This document shows, piece after piece, positions 36,915 to 46,129 of a DNA stretch of 64,000 nucleotides. The translations under genes were made by a program, and so were the position numbers. Under the pieces are notes generated by a model. It was not told where the DNA came from and did no database searches. It saw nothing but the letters and a program-made list of their open reading frames with translations. The stretch lies in NCBI GenBank assembly GCA_040901705.1, contig JBBDYI010000290.1:18686-82685 (forward strand). The letters run 5' to 3'. The stretch is from Pirellulales bacterium (GTDB lineage Bacteria; Planctomycetota; Planctomycetia; Pirellulales; PLA5). Each line of letters starts with the position of its first letter. Position 1 is the stretch's first letter.

Positions 36915-38210
36915 ATGACTGTGAAAACCGCGTTTTTAGCGAGCATGTGTTGGCTCGCGCTAGCCGCGACGCGACCCGCCAGGGCCGTCGAATTTTGGAG
37001 CGTCGATCTCCAGGCGACCGGCAGCACGTTGTTTGGTCAATCGAATCCGCCGCTGACCGCGGCGGGCGCCGACCCGACGTTCAATCTCGGCAACGTCTGG
37101 AACGCCTATACGGTGCCGGCTCACGATTTACCCGCGGCGCTCGTGCCGGCAATCAATCTGGCCGACCGAGATGGTGCGGCGAGCAGCGTGACCTTTGGTA
37201 TTTCCGTTCCGATCGCCGGCTGGGGTGGTGCGGGCGCCGCGGGCGGAGCGAACGATCTGTTTCGCGACTATATCTTCGCGGCAGCAGGCAATTCGCCGGT
37301 CACGGCGGATTTCGTCATCGGCGGCCTGACGCCCGGCGCCAGTTACGACATGATCAACTTCGGTGGAATTGGCCGCGATAGCGCAGTCACCCTCGACTTC
37401 AACGGCAATGGCGACCTGGCCGACGAAACCGGCCGCATCGCTCCGGTCAACAACGGTGCCGCATTTCGCGGCATCATGGCCAGCGCTGCGGGCCAGATCG
37501 TCGGGCGTGTCGCCAACGGCACCGGCGATCCCGAAGGAAACTGGGCGGGATTCCATTTAATGAGCGCTGCGCCGCCTGGAGCGAAGCTGTGGAGCGTCGA
37601 TATCCACGGCGCGGGCAGCGACCTGTTCGGCCAGGACGTGGCCCCACAAAGCATGACCGGCCTCGAAACGCAATACGGCTTGGGCAACGTTTGGAATCAC
37701 GTCGCCGTGCCGGGCTACGACCTCGATCCGGCCGCCGTTTCGTCGCCGCTCGTCGATAGCGAAGGCAATCCGACGGGCGTCGAGTTCAACATTGTCGACG
37801 CGGTGCAAGGCTGGGGCGGAGATCCAGGCATGGGCACCGATCCGCTGCGCCGCGATTATTTGTTCGTGCAGGCCGGACGTTCGCCCGCCAGCGCGGAATG
37901 GACGATCACCGGCCTGACTCCCGGACACACGTATGAGTTGTTCGCGTATAGCGGCGCTGCCCGCGACGTCATGCTCGGCGTGGATCAAACGGGCGAGCAA
38001 TTCAACTTTCGCGGCGGCCACTTGTTCGGTAATGTCGCCGTCGACGGGAGCGGCATGATTTCGGGCCTCGTTTCCAGCGCTGCGGGCGAAGCGAATTGGT
38101 CCGGCTTTCAACTTCGCGATGTGACGCCGATTCCCGAGCCGAGCACGATGGCCCTCGTGCTCGTCGGCGCCGCGGCGACGGCCACGATTGCCCGACGACG
38201 GCGGGTATAA
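36915..38210 (+). CDS. PEP-CTERM-anchored secreted protein containing two copies of an uncharacterised module of about 180 aa
   Basis: Start chosen at 36915 (MTVKTAFLASMCWLALAATRPARA signal peptide). C-terminal sorting signal PIPEPSTMALVLVGAAATATIARRRRV. Two tandem modules; see the repeat features. Confidence 0.82.
   Translation: MTVKTAFLASMCWLALAATRPARAVEFWSVDLQATGSTLFGQSNPPLTAAGADPTFNLGNVWNAYTVPAHDLPAALVPAINLADRDGAASSVTFGISVPIAGWGGAGAAGGANDLFRDYIFAAAGNSPVTADFVIGGLTPGASYDMINFGGIGRDSAVTLDFNGNGDLADETGRIAPVNNGAAFRGIMASAAGQIVGRVANGTGDPEGNWAGFHLMSAAPPGAKLWSVDIHGAGSDLFGQDVAPQSMTGLETQYGLGNVWNHVAVPGYDLDPAAVSSPLVDSEGNPTGVEFNIVDAVQGWGGDPGMGTDPLRRDYLFVQAGRSPASAEWTITGLTPGHTYELFAYSGAARDVMLGVDQTGEQFNFRGGHLFGNVAVDGSGMISGLVSSAAGEANWSGFQLRDVTPIPEPSTMALVLVGAAATATIARRRRV
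36987..37559 (+). repeat. Protein-level repeat module, copy 1
   Basis: FWSVDLQATGSTLFGQ...LGNVWNAY...DLFRDYIFAAAGNSPVTADFVIGGLTPG...GTGDPEGNWAGFHL. Confidence 0.75.
37584..38114 (+). repeat. Protein-level repeat module, copy 2
   Basis: KLWSVDIHGAGSDLFGQ...LGNVWNHV...PLRRDYLFVQAGRSPASAEWTITGLTPG...GEANWSGFQL. Confidence 0.75.
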
Positions 38211-38317
38211 CCGGCTTGCGATGGGCCGTTCGATGCGATTTTTTTCGGATGTCGCGGGGCGAGCGCCGCACGTGAGCGCTCGTCCCTCCTTTTTGTATTG
38301 ATCGAGGAGGATCGGCG

Positions 38318-41300
38318 ATGCTTTGGCTTCAGACATGGAAGACTTTGACCGAGTCGAGAAGAAGTCGCGCGATTGCCGATCGTCGCCGCTCGCGCCGTTT
38401 GTCGCCGGCGACGGTGGAAGCGCTCGAGCCGCGCCTGGTGCTGGATAGCACCGTCGTATTCAACGAGATCATGTATAATCCGGCGGGGGACGATACGGGC
38501 CGGGAATGGATCGAACTGCACAACCAGATGGCCGTCGACATGGACGTCTCGTTGTGGCGCATCGACGGCGCGGTCGAGTACGATTTTCCCGAGGAGACGG
38601 TGATTCCCGGCCACGGCTATCTCGTCGTCGCCGCCGATCCCGATGCGTTCCAGACGGAATACGGCGTCGCTGGCGTGCTGGGGCCGTTTGCCGGTTCGCT
38701 CTCCAATGGCGGCGAAACGCTGGAGCTTTACAACAACTTCAATTCGGCCCGGACGCGGGCACTGCCGCCACCGCCTCCCGCGGCGGACAAGCTGTGGAGC
38801 GTCGATATTCAGGCCGTCGGCGGCGTGATCACGCAACCGAATCCACCGCTCAAGACCGGCGTCGAAGCCAGTTCCGGCTGGGGCGACGTGTGGAACGCCT
38901 TCAACATTGCCGGCCACACCGGAACCACGCTCAATCCGACGCTCGCGCTGGTTAACAGCGCCGGCACGCCCACGGGCGTCACGTTTTCCATTGCCGGCGC
39001 GATCTCCGGTTGGTCGGAAAACGGCGACGGGCTCACCAGCGACTATCTGTTCGTCGCGGCGGGCAACTCGCCGACCACGGCGAACTGGCAAATCACGGGC
39101 CTTGACCTGGCGAAGACGTACAGTTTTTTTCCCTATGGCAGTTCGCTACGCGACATGGGCTGGAACGTCGACCGCGGCGGCGACGGGTCGCTCGCCAACG
39201 ACGCGCCGCTTGTCGTTTCCGCCGCTGGCACATTGGTCGAGGGCGTCCACCCCGATGCGACTGGGAAGATCGTCGGCAGCGTCGCCAATGGCACGGGAGA
39301 CCCGGAGGGAAATTGGGCTGGATTCCAACTCCTGGAAGTCGATCCCACGCCCGGCGGCGCGCCGGACATTGCCCATTTGCCCGGTCCGGGTGGACTCGAC
39401 GGGCGGCGGTTGATGAATTCCGTCAACTACGACGACGGCGACGACTGGCCGATCGAGCCGGACGGCTCCGGCGCGTCGCTCGCGAAGATCGATCCGGACG
39501 CCGGCAGCGCGCAAGCCGAGAACTGGACATTCAGCAACACGGTCGGCGGCACGCCCGGGGTGCGGAACTTCTCCGATGGCCGTCCGCTGCAAGTTTCGCA
39601 GATTTCGGACGCCTCTGGCAACGGCCGCCACGGCGCGCCGTTCGCCCTGGGCACGGTGGCGGAGGGCTTCGAAGGCCGCGCCGGTTCGTTCGACGGGGCC
39701 ACGAGCTACGTCGAAGTGCCGATCGATCTCAATCCAACGGCCAATTCACAAATCACATTTGGCGCTTGGGTTCGTTCCGACACCACTTCGCCGACGCATG
39801 CGATCGTCTCGAACGACGATGGCGGTTGGGATCGTTCGATTGCTATCGGCAGCGGCGTCGCGCCGGTTTCGCCGGGCAACGAGAACGTGTGGAACGCCTT
39901 TAACGTACAAGGGCACAATCTCACTTCCACGAATCCTTCGATGAACCTCGTCGACCGCGACGGCGCGGCGACAAGCGTGAGTTTTTCGATTCTCGGCACG
40001 ATTTCCGGATTCAGCAACGCGCAGAATCCGGCCGCGCGGTTGACGAACGACTATATGTTCGTCAGCGCGGGAAATTCAGCCGCCAACGCCGATTGGACGA
40101 TCGCGGGCCTGGTGTCGCAACGGCAATACGACTTTTATGCCTACGGCGGCATCGCCCGCGACGCTTCGATGCGCGTCGACACGAATGGCGACGGTTCGCT
40201 CGCCGGCGAAACGACGCGGATGGCGCCGGTCAATGGCGGTATCCTGATCGGCGGCGTAACGGCGAGCAACTCGGGGCAGATTCTCGGCAATGTCGGACCC
40301 GGCAGCGGCGGCGAGGGAAACTGGAGTGGTTTTCAACTCGTCGATCGAGTGACCGGGCAGTTGTGGAGCGTCGACATTCAGGCGATCAATGGCCCGCTGT
40401 TCGGACAGCAACCGCCGTTGTTGCAGAGCGGCCCGTTGTCCACCGGCGCGGGCGTCGGGTACTCCGCTTTTGCCGGCGGGCACCAGTTCAACGGCAGTGG
40501 CATTACCGCCGATCCCGCAACGTGGGCGTTCGTCGCCGGAGCGTTCGATCAGACGACAAACAGCATGACGCTGTACGTCGACCGCGACGCATCGACGACG
40601 GCCGACGCCGTACAGGTCTTCACCGACGCGGCCACGGCGTTCGGCACGAGTCTGTTGCCGACGAATATCGGCCGATTGCCGTCGGGGGCGTGGTATTTCG
40701 ATGGTTTGATCGACAACGTGTTTTTCGCCGACGGCGCGCTCAGCGCGGGACAGATTACCGCATTGCGAGACGGCGGCGCGGCGGCCGTTTCGGCATTGGG
40801 CGGCGATCTGCTCGCGTTCTATCCGTTCGAGGACGTCGCGCCGGGCGACACGACGGTCGAATTGCCGGCGCTGGTGATTAACGAATTCGATTCGTCCGAG
40901 GCCGCGCTGTTTCGCGTGGAATTGGTCAACTCGGGCGATACGGCTGTAAATCTCGCCGGCATGGTGCTATCGACCAACGAGACCGGCGCGCCCGACTACT
41001 CGTTTCCCGCGCAAATGCTCGCCGCAGGCGGTCGGATCGTGGTCGACGAAGTGGCGCTTGGTTTCCGGCCGAACGATGGCGATGCGCTGTTCCTGTTCAC
41101 GGCCGGCAAGACGTCGGTCGTCGACGCCGGGCACGTCGACAATTCGCCGCGGGCACGCTATCCCGACGTTACGGGGCCTTGGCTCGAGCCGACGACGATG
41201 ACGCTGGGCGGCGCGAACGTCGTCGACCTCCGCGACGAGATCGCGATCAACGAGATCATGTACCACGGCTATCCGGACCGCGGTACACCGCCCACGCCGG

Positions 41301-44300
41301 CGGAATACGCGACGACGACGCTGCTCGATTGGAACGCGACGTGGCGCTACAACCAGGTTGGCCAATCGGTCGCCGGCGGCCAGCTTCCGACGAATTGGGC
41401 GGCGACTTCGCATCCAGTCGACGGATCGACGTGGCTTTCCGGCAACGGTCTTTTTGCGCTGGAACCCAACGGCACGATCGCAGACATTCGAACGCCGCTC
41501 ACCCTCGGCGGCGGCCGCACGACGTACTATTTCGAGACGGAGTTCACGGTCCCCACGGACGCTGCGGACGGGTTCGAACTGCAAATCGAACATTACATCG
41601 ACGACGGCGCACTTTTCTACCTCAACGGCGTCGAAATCGTCGACCGCGTCAACTTGCCGGCCGCCGGAGTGACGAATGCGACCTTCGCTTTGGCTCAGAT
41701 CGAGGCCGCTGTCGCGACCGTCGTCGTGTCGGCCGACCGCCTGGCCGTAGCGGGCTTTGCCAAGGGGGTGCCGCAGCGGCTGTCGGTCGAAGTGCATCAA
41801 GGTGCGGCGGCGAGCAGCGACGTCGTATTCGGCACGCGCGTTCATACGCGCGTACAATCCGCGCCCGGAACGCCCGGCACGCCGTATGCCGAGAGCAACG
41901 AGGAGTGGATCGAGCTTTACAACCGTTCGGCGACGACGGTCGATTTGACGGGCTGGTCGCTCCGCGGCGGCGTGGACTACGCATTCGTCGGCGGTACGAC
42001 GATCCCGGCCGGCGGCTATCTCGTGGTGTCGAACGACGCCGCGGCGCTGGCGGCCAAGTATCCGGCGATTGCGGGCGAGATCGTCGGGATTTTTTCCGGA
42101 ACGCTGTCGAATTCCGGCGAAACCGTGCGGCTCGAAGACCCGCTGGGCAATCCGGCCGACGAAGTGCGATACTACGATGGCGGGCGGTGGCCCGCCGCGG
42201 CCGATGGCGGCGGATCGTCGCTCGAATTGCGCGATCCCGGCGCGGACAACGCGCAACCGGCCGCGTGGGCGGCCAGCGACGAGTCGGCCGGTACGGCGTG
42301 GCGGACGTACACCTACCGCGGCATCGCCGTGAACGACGGCATCGGCAACGATGTGTTCCGAGAACTGGTGCTCGGCATGTTGGACGCCGGCGAGCTTTTG
42401 TTGGACGACATCAGCGTCGTCGAACGCCCCGGTACGCCGCAGGCGGTTGCCGTCATTCGAAACGGCTCGTTCGAGACGGACGCCCTGGGCAGCGCGGCCA
42501 GCAGTTGGCGGATCATCGGCAACCACTCAGGCACGGTCATCGCCGATCCCACCAACGCCGCGAACAAGGTGTTGCGGCTCGTCGCGACCGGGCCCACGGA
42601 AGACAAACACAATCACGCCGAAACGACGTTCGCGGCGAATCGGCCGATCGCCGTCGGCGCGGAATACGAGATTTCATTCCGCGCGAAATGGATATCGGGT
42701 TCGAACCAACTCAACTCGCGGCTGTATTTCAATTTCTTACAGCAAACGACACTGATCGACGTGTCGCACGATGGCGGCACGCCGGCGGCGCAAAACTCGC
42801 GGTTTGCGGCGAATGTCGGGCCGACATACACCGAGTTCTACCACGGTCCGGTCGTGCCCAAGGCGAACGAGGAGGTGACGGAGTCCGTGGCGGCCGCCGA
42901 CCCGGACGGCGTGGCGTCGATGGCGCTGTTCTACTCGGTCGGCGGCGGCGGGTTTTCGTCGATTGCCATGACGGACGCCGGCGGAGGTCGATATACCGGC
43001 AAGATTCCCGGTCAGGCGGCGGCGAGCGTGGTGCAGTTCTATGTGCAAGGCGCCGATGCGCTCGGCGCGGTCTCGACCTATCCGGCCGACGGGGCGAGTT
43101 CGCGGGCGCTGTACGTCGTCGAGGACGGTCAGGCCGCCGTCGGACAATTGCACAACCTACGCATCGTCATGACGCCGGCGGATCGCGATTTCCTATACCT
43201 GAACACCAACCGCATGAGTAACGCGCACCTCGGCGCGACCGTGATCTACGACGAGCGGGAGGTGTTCTACGACGTCGGCGCGCAGCTAAAAGGCAGCGCC
43301 TTTGGCCGCTTCGCCGGTACGGAAACCGGCTTCAGCGTTCGCTTCAACCCCGACGAATTGTTCCGCGGTGTTCACGAAACGATCAGCATCGAACGGGCCG
43401 GCAACAAGAAGGAATTGCTCGCCAAACACATGTACGGGCGCGCTGGCGGCGGGCTGGTGAGTTTCTACGACGACGTGATCCGCATCGTCGCGCCACGAGC
43501 GAACGAAACCGGCGTCACGCTGCTCTCGATGGCTCGATACAGCGACGTGTTTCTCGATGAGTCCTTCGACAACGGCGGCGAAGGCGCGCTCTACAACATG
43601 GAGTTGCTCTACAACCCCAACGGCACGGTCGACGGGAATCCCGAAAGCCTCAAGCTCAACAATCCATACAACCATACCAACGGTACGGTGGTCATTGCCG
43701 ATCGCGGCGACGACAAAGAGACGTACCGCTGGAACTACCAGATGCGCAACGCCCGCGGCCGCGACGACTATGCACCGCTCATCGAATTGATGCAGGCGTT
43801 CAGTCTTGCCGGCTCAGCGCTCGACGCGGCGACGCAACAGATCATGGACGTCGACCAATGGATGCGGACGTGGGCGATGTTCTCGCTCAACGGCAACGAC
43901 GATCTGTACACCCGCGTCTACGATCACAACTACCGGATGTACGTGCGGCCCGAGGACGGCAAGATCATCGGCATGCCCTGGGATTTGGACCGCGCATTTC
44001 AGATCGCGACCAACGCGCCGCTCTGGGGCGACGAAAACCTCCGCAACGTGATCGAGTTGCCAACGAACAAGCGGCTGTTCTACGGCCACTTGTTCGACAT
44101 TGCGAACACGACGGCGAACGCAGATTATATGACGACGTGGGCGACGCACTTCGCGGCGCTAACCGGCCAGAGCTTTTCTGGAGAATTGGGCTACATCGTC
44201 GCCCGCAGCAATTACGTCCTCGGCCAGCTTCCCGGTGAGTTTTCGTTCGACATCGCGACGGCCGATCCACTCGACGTCGGTGCGGCATCGACGGCCACGC

Positions 44301-45439
44301 TGACCGGACGGGCCTGGATCGACGTCCGCGAGATTCGCGTCGCCGGCAGCGTGTTGCCGCTCGACGTTGCCTGGACCGCCACGCCGCTGGGCACGTCGGC
44401 CGCCGGCCCTTGGTCCGACGGCTGGCAAATGACGATTCCCGTCGATTCGTCCACGGGACTTGTCACGCTCGAAGCCTACGACCACCAAGGCAACCTCGTC
44501 GGAACGGACACGATCACGGTCGCCAGCACCGCGCCGCGGCCGATCGTCGATCAGCTTCGTATCGTCGAACTGATGTATAACCCGCCGGGCAACGGCGATG
44601 GCGAAGAGTTCGTGGAAATCATGAACGTCAGCGCGATGCCGATCGCGAGCCTCGCTGGTGTCCACTTCACCAACGGCCTCGACTTTACGTTCGGCGACGT
44701 ACCGCTGGCGGCGGGTCAGCGGGCGGTGATCGTGCGCGATCTTTCGGCATTCGAAGCCAGGTATGGATCGGGCATCAACGTCGTCGGCGAGTACACCGGT
44801 TCGGCGCTCGACAATTCCGGCGAGCAACTTACGCTCGTCGACTCCGACGGCGCGCTCGTGCAGCAATTTACCTACGACGATACGGGCGAAGGCTGGCATC
44901 CGACGACCGACGGCGAAGGCTACTCGCTCGTCATCATCGATCCGACAGCCGCTACGGCCACTTGGGATCTCGGCGGTTCTTGGCAGCCGAGTTTCAACAT
45001 CGGGGGTTCGCCCGGCGCGGAAGACACGGCCTCGCTCGACGGCGACGTGAATGGGGATCTTCAAGTCGATCTCGTTGACCTGGCGATCGTACAGTCGCAC
45101 ATTGGAACGACGTCGGGCGCAACGCGAGAACTTGGCGATTTGAATGGCGACGGCGCCGTCAATCGCGCGGACGTCGCGATTCTCGCGGCAAATTTCGGAC
45201 GACATTTGGCCAACGCCGCGGCCCCGGCGGCCGTCGTCGCGCGAGCCGCCGACCTTACCCGCCAGCCGACGTCCGGCCAGCAGAACACACTCCGTGCCGA
45301 ACGCCGGGTGAGGCGGGCGAATACTACAACTGTTCCGCTCTCGTCTGCGGCGACCGACCAGGTGCTGGCGGAGTCGACCGACGACCTTCGCCTCGCGATC
45401 GCCCGGCGCACGCGCGTTGTGGGGCGGCTGCCAAGGTAA
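38318..45439 (+). CDS. Giant secreted multidomain protein (2373 aa): lamin-tail domains, repeat modules, LamG, CotH kinase-like domain, dockerin-type repeats
   Basis: N-terminus ...RRLSPATVEALEPRLVL. LTD blocks FNEIMYNPAGDDTGREWIELHN, EEWIELYNRSATTVDLTGWSL and VELMYNPPGNGDGEEFVEIMN. LamG-type blocks GRAGSFDGATSYVEV...FGAWVRSD and WAFVAGAFDQTTNSMTLYVD...WYFDGLIDNVFF. CotH-like region from about 43100 to 44250 (LHNLRIVMTPADRDFLYLN...YNMELLYNPNG). Dockerin-like DVNGDLQVDLVDLAIV...GDLNGDGAVNRADVAILAANFG. Confidence 0.88.
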   Translation: MLWLQTWKTLTESRRSRAIADRRRSRRLSPATVEALEPRLVLDSTVVFNEIMYNPAGDDTGREWIELHNQMAVDMDVSLWRIDGAVEYDFPEETVIPGHGYLVVAADPDAFQTEYGVAGVLGPFAGSLSNGGETLELYNNFNSARTRALPPPPPAADKLWSVDIQAVGGVITQPNPPLKTGVEASSGWGDVWNAFNIAGHTGTTLNPTLALVNSAGTPTGVTFSIAGAISGWSENGDGLTSDYLFVAAGNSPTTANWQITGLDLAKTYSFFPYGSSLRDMGWNVDRGGDGSLANDAPLVVSAAGTLVEGVHPDATGKIVGSVANGTGDPEGNWAGFQLLEVDPTPGGAPDIAHLPGPGGLDGRRLMNSVNYDDGDDWPIEPDGSGASLAKIDPDAGSAQAENWTFSNTVGGTPGVRNFSDGRPLQVSQISDASGNGRHGAPFALGTVAEGFEGRAGSFDGATSYVEVPIDLNPTANSQITFGAWVRSDTTSPTHAIVSNDDGGWDRSIAIGSGVAPVSPGNENVWNAFNVQGHNLTSTNPSMNLVDRDGAATSVSFSILGTISGFSNAQNPAARLTNDYMFVSAGNSAANADWTIAGLVSQRQYDFYAYGGIARDASMRVDTNGDGSLAGETTRMAPVNGGILIGGVTASNSGQILGNVGPGSGGEGNWSGFQLVDRVTGQLWSVDIQAINGPLFGQQPPLLQSGPLSTGAGVGYSAFAGGHQFNGSGITADPATWAFVAGAFDQTTNSMTLYVDRDASTTADAVQVFTDAATAFGTSLLPTNIGRLPSGAWYFDGLIDNVFFADGALSAGQITALRDGGAAAVSALGGDLLAFYPFEDVAPGDTTVELPALVINEFDSSEAALFRVELVNSGDTAVNLAGMVLSTNETGAPDYSFPAQMLAAGGRIVVDEVALGFRPNDGDALFLFTAGKTSVVDAGHVDNSPRARYPDVTGPWLEPTTMTLGGANVVDLRDEIAINEIMYHGYPDRGTPPTPAEYATTTLLDWNATWRYNQVGQSVAGGQLPTNWAATSHPVDGSTWLSGNGLFALEPNGTIADIRTPLTLGGGRTTYYFETEFTVPTDAADGFELQIEHYIDDGALFYLNGVEIVDRVNLPAAGVTNATFALAQIEAAVATVVVSADRLAVAGFAKGVPQRLSVEVHQGAAASSDVVFGTRVHTRVQSAPGTPGTPYAESNEEWIELYNRSATTVDLTGWSLRGGVDYAFVGGTTIPAGGYLVVSNDAAALAAKYPAIAGEIVGIFSGTLSNSGETVRLEDPLGNPADEVRYYDGGRWPAAADGGGSSLELRDPGADNAQPAAWAASDESAGTAWRTYTYRGIAVNDGIGNDVFRELVLGMLDAGELLLDDISVVERPGTPQAVAVIRNGSFETDALGSAASSWRIIGNHSGTVIADPTNAANKVLRLVATGPTEDKHNHAETTFAANRPIAVGAEYEISFRAKWISGSNQLNSRLYFNFLQQTTLIDVSHDGGTPAAQNSRFAANVGPTYTEFYHGPVVPKANEEVTESVAAADPDGVASMALFYSVGGGGFSSIAMTDAGGGRYTGKIPGQAAASVVQFYVQGADALGAVSTYPADGASSRALYVVEDGQAAVGQLHNLRIVMTPADRDFLYLNTNRMSNAHLGATVIYDEREVFYDVGAQLKGSAFGRFAGTETGFSVRFNPDELFRGVHETISIERAGNKKELLAKHMYGRAGGGLVSFYDDVIRIVAPRANETGVTLLSMARYSDVFLDESFDNGGEGALYNMELLYNPNGTVDGNPESLKLNNPYNHTNGTVVIADRGDDKETYRWNYQMRNARGRDDYAPLIELMQAFSLAGSALDAATQQIMDVDQWMRTWAMFSLNGNDDLYTRVYDHNYRMYVRPEDGKIIGMPWDLDRAFQIATNAPLWGDENLRNVIELPTNKRLFYGHLFDIANTTANADYMTTWATHFAALTGQSFSGELGYIVARSNYVLGQLPGEFSFDIATADPLDVGAASTATLTGRAWIDVREIRVAGSVLPLDVAWTATPLGTSAAGPWSDGWQMTIPVDSSTGLVTLEAYDHQGNLVGTDTITVASTAPRPIVDQLRIVELMYNPPGNGDGEEFVEIMNVSAMPIASLAGVHFTNGLDFTFGDVPLAAGQRAVIVRDLSAFEARYGSGINVVGEYTGSALDNSGEQLTLVDSDGALVQQFTYDDTGEGWHPTTDGEGYSLVIIDPTAATATWDLGGSWQPSFNIGGSPGAEDTASLDGDVNGDLQVDLVDLAIVQSHIGTTSGATRELGDLNGDGAVNRADVAILAANFGRHLANAAAPAAVVARAADLTRQPTSGQQNTLRAERRVRRANTTTVPLSSAATDQVLAESTDDLRLAIARRTRVVGRLPR
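38789..39331 (+). repeat. Protein-level repeat module, copy 3 (inside the giant gene)
   Basis: KLWSVDIQAVGGVITQ...WGDVWNAF...LTSDYLFVAAGNSPTTANWQITGL...GTGDPEGNWAGFQL. The DNA around GTGDPEGNWAGF is also similar to 37510-37556. Confidence 0.75.
39878..40453 (+). repeat. Protein-level repeat module, copy 4, register-shifted (starts at the GNVWN block, ends with the LWSVD block of a following unit)
   Basis: NENVWNAF...LTNDYMFVSAGNSAANADWTIAGL...GSGGEGNWSGFQLVD, then RVTGQLWSVDIQAINGPLFGQQPPLLQSG. Embedded between the two halves of a LamG domain. Confidence 0.7.
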
Positions 45440-45572
45440 TTGGCGACGTCCTCGATCCGCACCAGATCGTTTTGTTCGTCCGGGTACGGTGACGGCGGCA
45501 ACTCGAAAAACCACGACGACGCGGAGACCCTTGCGAATGCGGTTGGCGTGCCCGCGAGCGACCTGAATTCGT

Positions 45573-46094
45573 CTAGGCCAGTTGCCCGCCGCGGTCGGCT
45601 GCCAATTGCGTCAGTTCGATGAAACGGACGGCGTCGCCGTGGCGAATCGTTCCGCCGCGGAGAACGCGGGCGGTGATTCCGCCGTGGCCGCGCATGGCGT
45701 TGTATCCGCCCGTGCCGAGGTTTTCCTCCATCCGCGAGCAAGGAGCGCAGGGACCGGTGCCTTCGAGAAGCACATCGCCGATCTCGAAACGGGCCTTCGC
45801 CAGCGCCGCGAGGTTGATGCCGGCGACGACGATATTGCGGCGGATCCATTCGGGCGCGACGCGGTTAATGCCCAGCAGCGCGGCGACGACGCCGAGGTGC
45901 TCTTGCTGGATCAGCGTGACTTCGCGGTTGGACTTACCACTGCGGGCGTGATGATCGCCATCGAGTCCCGTGCCGACGCGAGCGGCGACTTGCTCGACGG
46001 GGTTGAGTTCGGCCCGCGGCGCGGGGCTGAGGCCGATCCACGCGACCCGACCAACTTGAGGCAGGCTCGAACGCAACTCGGCAATCGTATTCAT
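45573..46094 (-). CDS. MOSC domain protein
   Basis: Start chosen at 46094 (MNTIAELRSSLPQVGRV...). RRNIVVAGINL...FEIGDVLLEGTGPCAPCSRMEE...GGITARVLRGGTIRHGD is the MOSC signature including the conserved Cys. Confidence 0.85.
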   Translation of the reverse strand: MNTIAELRSSLPQVGRVAWIGLSPAPRAELNPVEQVAARVGTGLDGDHHARSGKSNREVTLIQQEHLGVVAALLGINRVAPEWIRRNIVVAGINLAALAKARFEIGDVLLEGTGPCAPCSRMEENLGTGGYNAMRGHGGITARVLRGGTIRHGDAVRFIELTQLAADRGGQLA

Positions 46095-46129
46095 CGCGGC
46101 TCCATGTTTCTCATGACGAGACGCTGGCG

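Noticed and set aside
38108-45514. Multiple 300-680-aa ORFs inside or opposite the giant gene (e.g. 38108..39091 -, 40967..42526 -, 41179..43221 +, 44159..45514 -)
   Set aside because: They are out of frame with, or antisense to, a 2373-aa ORF that carries many recognisable domains. Their products are Arg/Gly/Ala-rich.
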